Positions 9,318 through 17,060 of a stretch of DNA of 64,000 nucleotides are shown here, one piece after another. The position numbers and the translations under genes were made by a program. The notes below the pieces were generated by a model that saw nothing but the letters and a program-made list of their open reading frames with translations, was not told the origin of the DNA and ran no database searches. Position 1 is the first letter of the stretch, and each line of letters opens with the position of its first letter. The stretch comes from an uncultured virus (IMG/VR IMGVR_UViG_2886339191_000001) (Duplodnaviria > Heunggongvirae > Uroviricota > Caudoviricetes), in the IMG/VR virus record IMGVR_UViG_2886339191_000001. The stretch is one strand, 5' to 3'.

Positions 9318-9354
9318 AAAAGAAAAAGACCCCCACAACGAGGGGTCTTTTCTT
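9318..9354. terminator. Bidirectional intrinsic terminator
   Basis: AAAAGACCCC...GGGGTCTTTT with A and T tracts, between convergent genes. Confidence 0.8.
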
Positions 9355-9373
9355 CGCCTGGAACGTTAGCCAG

Positions 9374-10021
9374 CTATCGGCTGAGTGCCACCTGTGGACC
9401 GCTCTGGCCGAAGCGCTGATCGACGTAGGCGTACAGGTCCTCGAGCGTGCCGGTGTTCGGGATGGTGACCTGGAAGTCGTCGCTGCTGACACCGCTTTCG
9501 CTTGAGTGGCTGTCGGTGTTGGTGGCAATGCTAGGGCGGTCGACCCAGGCGGTGATCGGGGAAGCGCCGACGATGCGATCGAACATCGTGACCTCGTTCT
9601 GGAAGCGGACGCCCGTGAGGACAACGCTGTGGCCCTCAGCGACGGCTGCGTTCATGCGGCGTACCGCAATGTCGGTCCAGACGTCTTTGCCGAGGAGGTC
9701 GCGGCCGACCTCGGTGCCAAAGCGCTGCAGGAGCCCGCGGACTTCCGGCTCCTTCTTCGCCTCGACGTACCCGACCCGGCCCACCAGGTCTGCGTAGCGA
9801 ATCTCCTGTGTCTCCCTGATGCGAGAGAAGCCGAGGCGGGTGCTCATCTCCTCCTGCATCCGCACTCCGATGCCGATGAGGGGGTTGAGGGTCATCATCG
9901 CCGCGTGGAGTGGGTCGGACATGCCGAACTTGACGAAGCCGTACTTGTTGACGAGGCGGTCGGCCACTTCGTCCTTGCCTGAGCGCAGGCGCCCGCCGAG
10001 GCCGATTACTTGGGGGGTCAT
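9374..10021 (-). CDS. Deoxynucleoside monophosphate kinase
   Basis: 'VIGLGGRLRSGKD' P-loop, 'RGLLQRFGTEVGR', 'VRFQNE', 'HSSE'. Confidence 0.88.
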   Translation of the reverse strand: MTPQVIGLGGRLRSGKDEVADRLVNKYGFVKFGMSDPLHAAMMTLNPLIGIGVRMQEEMSTRLGFSRIRETQEIRYADLVGRVGYVEAKKEPEVRGLLQRFGTEVGRDLLGKDVWTDIAVRRMNAAVAEGHSVVLTGVRFQNEVTMFDRIVGASPITAWVDRPSIATNTDSHSSESGVSSDDFQVTIPNTGTLEDLYAYVDQRFGQSGPQVALSR

Positions 10022-10572
10022 TTGAGCGCCTCCATGACGGCTTCGCGCCAGTTGAACCAGCCACGGAGCCGCACGAGGCCCTCGGTGTGGCGGTTGTGGG
10101 GTTGGGATACGAGGATCTGCGTCCAGGTCGGGGTAGCGATGCCAGTGATTTCGCCCTTGTCGTCGAAGAGCACGTCGCCACGGATCATCGTCTTATCGGA
10201 GGTGATGATAGTGCGCCTGGACCACTCGGTGCCGAGGTGGTCTTCGACCCAGCGCAGTTTGTCGGACGCGCAGGTCGGGTTGGAGACCCAGGGGCTTGTG
10301 ACCAGGAAGACCTCGTGCCCGTCCATGACCATCTCCTGTAGCGCGCGGATGGCGCCCGTGATGGGCTGCAGCTCGGCGTAGAAGGAGTGCTCAGCCATGA
10401 TCGCGTGGATGATCTTCTTCTCAGCCGGCGTGCGTCCGGTCGTGAGGTCGAAGCTCTCATGCTGGTGGGAGCGCGGGATATTCTCGGCTCCCTGAGTGCG
10501 GTTGAGGGCCGAGTCGTAGCGGCTGGACCAGTCGGCGATCGTGTCGTCGAGGTCTACGAGAATTCGGGTCAT
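10018..10572 (-). CDS. 5'(3')-deoxyribonucleotidase (NT5C-type HAD)
   Basis: Start MTRILVDLDDT (DxD motif), 'FLVTSP', 'DKLRWV', 'GDVLFDDK'; the track ORF's N-terminal extension overlaps other genes. Confidence 0.88.
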   Translation of the reverse strand: MTRILVDLDDTIADWSSRYDSALNRTQGAENIPRSHQHESFDLTTGRTPAEKKIIHAIMAEHSFYAELQPITGAIRALQEMVMDGHEVFLVTSPWVSNPTCASDKLRWVEDHLGTEWSRRTIITSDKTMIRGDVLFDDKGEITGIATPTWTQILVSQPHNRHTEGLVRLRGWFNWREAVMEALK

Positions 10573-10895
10573 GCGCTGTATCTGATCTTCTTGGGTGGGT
10601 AGTCGCCGAAGCGGACTTTGGCCGCAACCTTCTGCTTGCGGAGGTAGGCGCGGCGCTCCATCAGGTGGTGCGCTGCAGCGATTACTTCTGCCTCGCTGGG
10701 AACCCAATAGAGGTTGCACGGGTCTGTTGTTTGGATAATGCCGTAGCTGTCGCTGATCCATCTCGAGCCGCACCAGGTCTTGGTGCGGAGCTGGATCATC
10801 GGCTGCTCCCCGAGGTGGTGGTAGACCCGGAAGAACTGGCCCTCGGGCAGTTCCGGCATGGCGGCAGGCTCGGGCGCCGGGCGACTGTTCTTCAT
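10569..10895 (-). CDS. Hypothetical protein
   Basis: ATGA-coupled within the operon. Confidence 0.6.
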   Translation of the reverse strand: MKNSRPAPEPAAMPELPEGQFFRVYHHLGEQPMIQLRTKTWCGSRWISDSYGIIQTTDPCNLYWVPSEAEVIAAAHHLMERRAYLRKQKVAAKVRFGDYPPKKIRYSA

Positions 10896-11095
10896 CCGGT
10901 GATCCTTCGGTAGGAGGTGAAGTTGTCGGCCAGCTCGTAGCGCTTCCGGCCGGTCTGGCCGGACTCGAGCGTGTAGAGGGCACCGTTGGCGCTGGCGTTC
11001 TCGTGGATGGCGGTGATCTTCCAGGTCAGGGCGCCGGGGCTCTCGACCAACGTCACGTAGTCACCGACCTGTGGGGTGTCCTGGTCGGAAGTCAT
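10892..11095 (-). CDS. Hypothetical protein (small beta-rich)
   Basis: Start MTSDQ coupled to the upstream stop. Confidence 0.55.
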   Translation of the reverse strand: MTSDQDTPQVGDYVTLVESPGALTWKITAIHENASANGALYTLESGQTGRKRYELADNFTSYRRITG

Positions 11096-11274
11096 TCGGT
11101 CACCTCGGTGCAGCCCATGTCCTTCATCATCTGATCGAAGAATTCCTCCGTCATCATGAGGCATCCCCGCTCGTTGATGTGGGGGACGTACTGGCGTCCA
11201 TCGGGGGCGATGTAGGTGCGCTCGCGCGGGGTGCGGAGCGTCTCACCTTCGCGGTACTTCTCATCGGGGGTCAT
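11092..11274 (-). CDS. Hypothetical protein
   Basis: 60 aa, coupled on both sides. Confidence 0.55.
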   Translation of the reverse strand: MTPDEKYREGETLRTPRERTYIAPDGRQYVPHINERGCLMMTEEFFDQMMKDMGCTEVTE

Positions 11275-11438
11275 GCTGCGGCCTGTTCGTGGTTGTCGAT
11301 CGGGCGGAGGGTGATGACACCGCTGGTGGGGTCACTGTAGACGAGGTAGATGCCGGGGGCGGGTGGCAGGTACTTGGTCAGCGAGACGCGCCCGCGGGTG
11401 TCGGGGAGGACGGAGCCGAGGGGCTTGTTGGCGCTCAC
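11271..11438 (-). CDS. Small AbrB/SpoVT-like DNA-binding protein (not in ORF track)
   Basis: MSANKPLGSVLPDTRGRVSLTKYL...GVITLRP (55 aa); 'D-x-R-G-R-V-S-L' pattern; GTGA and ATGA overlaps on both sides. Confidence 0.55.
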   Translation of the reverse strand: MSANKPLGSVLPDTRGRVSLTKYLPPAPGIYLVYSDPTSGVITLRPIDNHEQAAA

Positions 11439-11857
11439 GAGATGGTCTGCCCGAAGTAGCGATCCCCGACGATGATCTGCGGGTTGGGGTTGTGGGCGCC
11501 GGTGTAGCCGCCGTAGTGGAGTCGGCCGGAGTGGGTGCGGCCAAGGTGGGCCTCGAGGCCAGCGAGCGTATTGGGCTCGCAGATCTTCGTGCGGAGCGTC
11601 TGGATGACGCGCGGGTCGGTGATCTTGACCTGGGCTTCGGTCGAGTAGCGACCCTGGACGACCTTCGGTTCGAGGAGCAGCTCGATTGGGATGTAGCCGG
11701 CGGCGATTGCCTTGGTCTCGAAGTTGTGGTGCTCCTTGCTGGCAGCGATGGCGCGCTGGCCGGCTTCGATGATCTGCTTTTCGAGGAAGGCGATTTGGCT
11801 GCGCAGCTCGGCCTTGTTCATGGCCTTGGTGTCGGTGAGGATGGGCGAGTCGGTCAT
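11435..11857 (-). CDS. Hypothetical protein
   Basis: Start MTDSP with AGGAG upstream, coupled to the DnaQ stop. Confidence 0.6.
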   Translation of the reverse strand: MTDSPILTDTKAMNKAELRSQIAFLEKQIIEAGQRAIAASKEHHNFETKAIAAGYIPIELLLEPKVVQGRYSTEAQVKITDPRVIQTLRTKICEPNTLAGLEAHLGRTHSGRLHYGGYTGAHNPNPQIIVGDRYFGQTIS

Positions 11858-12621
11858 GCTGTTACTCCTTCTGGGGCGGGTGTTGGGGTGGTGTCGTGTG
11901 TGGGCCATGAGGTCTCCAGGACCGCGGTCGGGTCAGTGCCTTTGCGGAGCCACTTCTGCAGGTCGGCCTGCTGAGTGGCGTACCAGCCGCGCTGGCTGTT
12001 GTGGAGCTGCGCGACGGACTGCGTGGGGGTTGTGGCGACCTGGGGGGCGTAGCGGGCGAGGACTGCCTGGATGATCCGGCCGGAGGCGATGGCGTCGAAG
12101 GAGGCGTCGTGAGCCTGTTCCTCGGTGAGCAGAATGCCGTACCGGGCGGCGGTAGGGGTGAGCTTGCGCTGGCCTTTGCCTTTGAGGAAGCGGTTGAAGT
12201 GCTTGTCGAGGACCAGGGAGTCGAGGACCTTGATTCCGTTCTCGCCGAAGGGGAGCGGTGCGACTGACTGGCGGCGGAGGTGGGCGTTCAGCATCGAGAG
12301 GTCGAAGCTGATGTTGTGGCCGCCGAGTGGGAGCGGATTGGGGTTCTGCGGGCCGCAGAGTGCATGTATGAGGCTGGCGATTTCGAGGGTCACCGCGTCG
12401 AGGTCCTGGCGGATGCCGGGGGTTTCGGCGAGGCGTTCGGTGGTCCAGCCGTGGACGTCGGAGGCGCCTGTGGGGATGTCGATGCCGGGGTTGACGATCC
12501 ATTCCTGCTCGCGGGCGACGGTGCCGTCGGCGGTGAGGAAGCCGAAGTAGGCGGTGACGATGAGGTCGTTGGCGGTGGAGACTCCCGAAGTTTCCAAATC
12601 GAATACGGCCATGTCGATCAT
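11854..12621 (-). CDS. DnaQ-like DEDDh 3'-5' exonuclease
   Basis: 'FDLETSG', 'GHNISFD', 'AHDASFD'. Confidence 0.9.
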   Translation of the reverse strand: MIDMAVFDLETSGVSTANDLIVTAYFGFLTADGTVAREQEWIVNPGIDIPTGASDVHGWTTERLAETPGIRQDLDAVTLEIASLIHALCGPQNPNPLPLGGHNISFDLSMLNAHLRRQSVAPLPFGENGIKVLDSLVLDKHFNRFLKGKGQRKLTPTAARYGILLTEEQAHDASFDAIASGRIIQAVLARYAPQVATTPTQSVAQLHNSQRGWYATQQADLQKWLRKGTDPTAVLETSWPTHDTTPTPAPEGVTA

Positions 12622-12887
12622 TCGGACACCACCCAGTCGGCCAGTTCGCGGACCCAGGCGTCTACCTCAGCGGCGTATTCGGGCGCCTGCTCGCGCACCT
12701 TGAGGACGAGCTTGCGCTGGGCTTCGGCCAGGCCGGAGATAATGCTGAGGGTATTGGTGTCGTGGTCAACGGTGCCGCCCTGGTTGGGGATCGGGGTGCC
12801 GCGCGTCTCCAGCTCGAAGTCGGCGAGGTTGTTCATCACTCCTTCACGGATCTGGAGGAGGATTCTGGCTGGCAGTTTGTCGGTCAT
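12618..12887 (-). CDS. Hypothetical protein
   Basis: Start MTDKL, coupled. Confidence 0.55.
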   Translation of the reverse strand: MTDKLPARILLQIREGVMNNLADFELETRGTPIPNQGGTVDHDTNTLSIISGLAEAQRKLVLKVREQAPEYAAEVDAWVRELADWVVSE

Positions 12888-13033
12888 TTTGTGGGCTCCG
12901 CGAGGATGAGGATGTACAGGACAATGACGGCGACGGCCGCCACGGGGGCGAGGGCAGTGCTGGCGGCCCGAATGATGCGGGCTGCGCGCTCGCGCTTGCG
13001 CCAGGCGCGGATGTCGAGCTGCTTGGCCTTCAC
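12884..13033 (-). CDS. Small membrane protein (not in ORF track)
   Basis: 49 aa, basic N-terminus then a hydrophobic stretch 'ALAPVAAVAVIVLYILIL'; coupled on both sides. Confidence 0.5.
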   Translation of the reverse strand: MKAKQLDIRAWRKRERAARIIRAASTALAPVAAVAVIVLYILILAEPTK

Positions 13034-13275
13034 TGGGCAACTCCGGTGAGGGCTTCGACGATCGCGTCGCGGAGGTCGTCCCAGGACAGCGCGGGGTCGG
13101 CGCTGTCGAGGGCGTCTTCGATGTTGCCTTGCCAGCCGCTATTGCCGAGGGGGCACTTGCCGGAGAAGCCTTCGCCTTCGTCCAGGAGGGCGGTGAAGAT
13201 TTCAGCGAGGTAGCCGCCGAGGGTGGTGACGCCCTCCACGTCGTCCTGCTCGATGTGGGCGGTGAGGACGCTCAT
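13030..13275 (-). CDS. Acidic hypothetical protein
   Basis: 81 aa, coupled. Confidence 0.6.
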   Translation of the reverse strand: MSVLTAHIEQDDVEGVTTLGGYLAEIFTALLDEGEGFSGKCPLGNSGWQGNIEDALDSADPALSWDDLRDAIVEALTGVAQ

Positions 13276-13970
13276 GCTGCGGCCTCATCGGTGGTCTGGG
13301 GGAGCAGGTCGTGGGCGTTGCGGGGGCTGGTCTTGGCGGGGGCTTCGTCGTCTTCGAGGGTGACCTTGAAGGAGGTCCGCGCGGCGATGTGGAGGATCAC
13401 GATACCTTCGGCTTTGGGAAACTTAGTGGCGAAGGAGCCGCGGGAGGCGAGGAGCGTGAGGGAGCGTTCGATCCAGCGGTCGCTGTACGGGCCGGCGTAG
13501 AGGACGGGGACGACGCCGAGGCCGAATACCTTGGTGTGGTCGATCGCGTCGAAGCCTTCGGCGGTGTGTGCCCAGCGGTGGGCGTTGAAGAGGGAGAAGC
13601 GCTTGTCGCCGTGGGTGAGGCCGTAGCCGCGCTGGATGCCGGAGCCCCACCATTCGCCGTAGTGGGTGCCTTCGCCGAGGGTTTCGACGAGCCTCTCAGC
13701 GTTGTCGCTGACCCAGCCGGCGAAGCCGTAGTTGTCGGTGGTCTTGCCGGGGGTGATGAATTTGTTGCGGGACTGGGCGTAGACGTGGTGCTCGACGTCG
13801 GGGGTGGCGTGGTTGACGACGATGGCGGTGCGGTCGTAGTCGGGGAAGAGGTTTACGCCGCGGGGGTGTCCAACGATGGCGATAGCGGCGTTGGTTCCGT
13901 CGAGCTTTTCTGTGATGAGTATGTCGCGGTTGAGCCTGGCGATCTTCGGGAAGGGCTGGAATTCGGTCAT
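13272..13970 (-). CDS. RNA ligase (Rnl2-like nucleotidyltransferase)
   Basis: Start MTEFQPFPKI; 'TEKLDGTN' (motif I), 'AQSRN', 'YGEW', 'EGIV'. Confidence 0.85.
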   Translation of the reverse strand: MTEFQPFPKIARLNRDILITEKLDGTNAAIAIVGHPRGVNLFPDYDRTAIVVNHATPDVEHHVYAQSRNKFITPGKTTDNYGFAGWVSDNAERLVETLGEGTHYGEWWGSGIQRGYGLTHGDKRFSLFNAHRWAHTAEGFDAIDHTKVFGLGVVPVLYAGPYSDRWIERSLTLLASRGSFATKFPKAEGIVILHIAARTSFKVTLEDDEAPAKTSPRNAHDLLPQTTDEAAA

Positions 13971-14086
13971 GACTGGTATCCGATCTTGGTGGGTTTGTCG
14001 CAGATAGGGCATCCGAAGATGTCGGGCCTGGTGGTGAAGGGGCACATTTGCTGGCCGCATCTGCAGGCTGGGGGCGGAAGGAGCAT
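13967..14086 (-). CDS. Small Cys-rich (zinc-ribbon-like) protein (not in ORF track)
   Basis: 39 aa with CRC and CPIC; coupled on both sides. Confidence 0.45.
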   Translation of the reverse strand: MLLPPPACRCGQQMCPFTTRPDIFGCPICDKPTKIGYQS

Positions 14087-14265
14087 CAGCGGGCGAGGCG
14101 CTCTGCTTCGTAGCGGCGGAGGTGTTCGCCCTTGAGGAGCTGGACCTGGTTGAAGTAGGTGCGGGCGTCGGGGGTGGCGCCGCGTTCCTGGGCTATGCGG
14201 GCGGCTTCGCGCTTGCGGAGCTGCTTGGCGGTTAGGGGCTGGCGCGGGGGGTTGCGGAGGAGCAT
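14086..14265 (-). CDS. Small basic hypothetical protein
   Basis: 59 aa starting MLLRNPPRQ, with TGATG overlaps. Confidence 0.5.
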   Translation of the reverse strand: MLLRNPPRQPLTAKQLRKREAARIAQERGATPDARTYFNQVQLLKGEHLRRYEAERLAR

Positions 14266-14537
14266 CAGGCGGTAGCTTTGGTGCCGCTGTAGTCGGTGGG
14301 GGTCTTCTGTGGGACGCCGTGGAGGGCGATGGCCTGGTTGGTCCAGAACTTCGCCTGCTCGAGGGCGGTGAGGGCGAGGGACTGTTCGCGGTTGACGTGG
14401 GTGTTGTCGAGGATGAAGCCGGCCTGGAGGCTGAACCGCGCGCGGCTCTGATGGAGGGCGGCTGCTGCGGCTTCGTTGGCGAGGGTGTCGAAGCGGGAGA
14501 GGACTTCGTTGCGGTGCTGGGGGGTGGTGGCGGTCAT
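14265..14537 (-). CDS. Acb2/Tad1-like helical-hairpin protein (putative cyclic-nucleotide sponge)
   Basis: 90 aa with C-terminal 'REQSLALTALEQAKFWTNQAIA'; first gene of the leftward early operon; AGGAG RBS. Confidence 0.6.
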   Translation of the reverse strand: MTATTPQHRNEVLSRFDTLANEAAAAALHQSRARFSLQAGFILDNTHVNREQSLALTALEQAKFWTNQAIALHGVPQKTPTDYSGTKATA

Positions 14538-14580
14538 GTGGACTCCTGTGCATTTAGCGGGCTATTTGCGGCTGTTCCCC

Positions 14581-14609
14581 ACTCTGGGGCATGCGGGGCA
14601 GTTGTGCAA
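14581..14609 (-). promoter_or_regulatory. SigA-like promoter of the leftward early operon
   Basis: TTGCAC-17 nt-CAGAGT, with the palindrome at 14555-14564 just downstream. Confidence 0.55.
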
Positions 14610-15043
14610 GAAAGGGGGGGAAGGAATTTTTTTAGGAGGCTATTGCTTCGCGGTGGATGGTGGGGTAAGTGGGGCAATGACGGCAGTGATGAGGGGATTT
14701 TTTTCACACCTGCGCCCGCCCTGTTTCTGCGCCCCCTGGTGCGCTAATCGGAGGTGTTTGCGTCGCGCGCGTGTTTCCTTGTTTTGGTTTTTTTCGAGCG
14801 TGTGTGTGTGTGGGTGTGTGCGCCCCCCCGTGTGTCGCGCGCGCGTCCTTCTTTCCGCTAGCCTTCCCACTAGGTCGATTTGACTTTGGGATAGCGGCCG
14901 GGGTAGTGTCATGTTTGTTGGTTCGGCCGGAGGGTTCGGCAGGGTCGGCGGTTCGGCTTTATCGCCGGAATGGACACGCTCATCTCCCCCCGTGGAGTGT
15001 GCGGAGGACTTGTTTCCCTATTCCTATGGCAACTAGGCTGGAC

Positions 15044-15072
15044 TTGACAGGGCCTAGTGAACGTGCTAGGTT
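15044..15072 (+). promoter_or_regulatory. Strong SigA-like promoter P1
   Basis: TTGACA-17 nt-TAGGTT with extended -10 TG. Confidence 0.8.
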
Positions 15073-15078
15073 AGTGTT

Positions 15079-15300
15079 TGTAAGGCAAGCGGTTCGGAAA
15101 GTTCGGGCCGCGGATTATTTAGTACGTCACGGCACGCCATGACTCGCATCGGGTTGAATTGTCACACAACAGGGCATCGGACGATGAGCACGAGGATATG
15201 GCTGTACGTGAAAGCTACGCCATGCAATACAGGCTGGACACACCCACGATTCCCAGGATGAGGGTGGAGGACTTGTCTCCTTAGCCATATCTAGGTCAAC
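15079..15300 (+). ncRNA. Candidate structured ncRNA, or 5' domain of the larger RNA
   Basis: Downstream of P1 with no convincing ORF; hairpin GCGGTTCGG-AAAG-TTCGGGCCGC; long-range GATATGGCT / AGCCATATC. Confidence 0.4.
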
Positions 15301-15309
15301 TAGGTGGAA

Positions 15310-15338
15310 TTGCAAACGGCTAGCGGATGTGCTAGGTT
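15310..15338 (+). promoter_or_regulatory. Strong SigA-like promoter P2
   Basis: TTGCAA-17 nt-TAGGTT with extended -10 TG; part of an imperfect direct repeat with P1. Confidence 0.8.
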
Positions 15339-15344
15339 AGTAAA

Positions 15345-16155
15345 CGTAACAAGCCAGAACGGAATGTCGGGAGACGTACCTGAAAGGTCACAAAGTAGGC
15401 CCGAATATGGGCAAAGTACGCCAGAACTCCGACATACCTGCAAAGTATGGCGGTCGGCTGGTAAGGATTCTGACTCCCCGGTGTGACTACACCGGCTAAT
15501 GAGCCAAATGTGTAGCGGTAGCTACCAAAGGATCATGCGCAAACTCCGTTGAAATACACGGTATGCGGAATTGGTGAACTGGTGTTCGTCGAGTAAGCGG
15601 GTTGCTCCCGCTACAGCCTCGGCCTAAGCCAACTGACAAACCGCACAGACATGGTGAGGAATCGAAACGAATCGCACTTAGCATGCGACCAACGTTCTAA
15701 CACCCACATAGAAAATTAGCTGGCAATATGCCACAGAACCCGACTTGCAAAGAGCGTTCTGGCCAGCTATCAGGGCAGGGGGCGCGAAAGCGGCCACCCC
15801 ATACCCACATTGCAATAGACCGCCCCCGATCGAATGTCAGGGGGCAAGTCGTCAGGCCACCGTATCTGACACCAGAAGACTGACAACGGACTTCTGTAGG
15901 CATCCACTTTGAATGATGCAGCCTTTGCAGGGCACCCCTACGGCGCTAAATAACTACCAACCGAATGAACGCTCAACGTGCCGCGATTGACTTGTCTCGC
16001 CGCGATTCGGACCGCGAACTGAGAAACGCAATGAGTACCAATTCTTTAGCACGAACAAGGCGCGGCTAACACAGCCGCGGATCGGCCACGGAGCACAGTG
16101 GCAGGCCCACGCCCTCACCTCAGAGTGAGCATCGGTTAGACCGAGCGTGGGCCAC
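15345..16155 (+). ncRNA. Candidate large structured non-coding RNA (~810 nt)
   Basis: No credible plus-strand CDS; more than 12 hairpins and several 7-9 bp long-range complements; GAAA loops; begins right after P2. Confidence 0.55.
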
Positions 16156-16198
16156 GCAGTACAGCCCACCAAACCCACAACACCCCAAGGAGCACCCC

Positions 16199-16378
16199 AT
16201 GATGCAGTCCCTCGTCGGCAAAGCCGTATCTTTCAACGAATTCATGCCCGACCTCGAAGGCTTCGACGCCCAGGGGACTGTAACCCGCGTCAACGTGAAC
16301 TACGTCTACGTCACCGCCGAAGACGGCTCCATGCACCGCCTCGACCGCACCATCGATTCCTACGAGATTGGACAGTAG
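16199..16378 (+). CDS. Hypothetical protein (59 aa, not in ORF track)
   Basis: AAGGAG RBS; MMQSLVGKAVSF...EIGQ; phage-like codon use. Confidence 0.65.
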   Translation: MMQSLVGKAVSFNEFMPDLEGFDAQGTVTRVNVNYVYVTAEDGSMHRLDRTIDSYEIGQ

Positions 16379-16610
16379 AACCATGCCCACGCCCAACATG
16401 CAGAACCGCCGGCCGAACCCGAAGTCTTCCAAGCCCGCCAAACGCGCCACACAGGCCCGGAATCAAGCCCGGACCCTCAAGTACCAACCCACCACTAAAA
16501 ACCGCTAGGTTAACCACACAGCCCCGGCAGCAGCACACCTCTCACAGACGAGGTGCCGGGGCGCGACCCGCCATTAGCGGGCTATCTGAAATAAGGCCAA
16601 GGAGCCGACT

Positions 16611-17057
16611 ATGTTCTCTGCCATCATCAACACCCCCGGATACCTCTCCGAGCAAGAAGAAGTCCCACTTTTCGACACTGCCCGTGAAGCGTGGAAGTAC
16701 CTCGAAACCGAGTACCAGCAGCAGTGCGACGGCATCGACGCCTATGCCAGGCCTCGCTCGATTCTCCAATTCGCCACGGCATGGCAGCAGAACGTCTCCG
16801 GCTACGTCTACACCTCCACGCCCGGAATCGGCCACGACAACGACCTCGGCCGCGTCTTCTCTGTCACCGACGTCCCGAACCCGTGGATCCAGCCCGAGCC
16901 TGCCCAGAACCCCGAAAGCGTCCAGTGCTCGTCCTGCGGACAGGACTGGTCCCGAACTGACCTCGCTGAGGCCGTAGAGCACACCCGCTACAGCCACCCC
17001 ACCCCGTCCGACCTCCTCGCCGCCTTCTACACCATCATCGACACCAAGGGACTCTGA
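16611..17057 (+). CDS. Early hypothetical protein
   Basis: AAGGAG RBS; 'NTPGYL' motif; CxxC near the C-terminus. Confidence 0.7.
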   Translation: MFSAIINTPGYLSEQEEVPLFDTAREAWKYLETEYQQQCDGIDAYARPRSILQFATAWQQNVSGYVYTSTPGIGHDNDLGRVFSVTDVPNPWIQPEPAQNPESVQCSSCGQDWSRTDLAEAVEHTRYSHPTPSDLLAAFYTIIDTKGL

Positions 17058-17060
17058 GCC

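Noticed and set aside
10573..10983. N-terminal extension of the nucleotidase in the ORF track (similar cases at 33601, 28521 and 36709)
   Set aside because: The extensions overlap other coupled genes; the downstream starts have coupling or an RBS and begin at the domain boundary
14640..14912. 90-aa minus-strand ORF as a real gene
   Set aside because: It runs through dinucleotide repeats and homopolymers with atypical codon use; not excluded, but unsupported
15345..16155. Group I or group II intron
   Set aside because: It interrupts no gene, and I recognised no domain V or P7 core motif and no RT or homing endonuclease ORF; a covariance search is needed to exclude this fully
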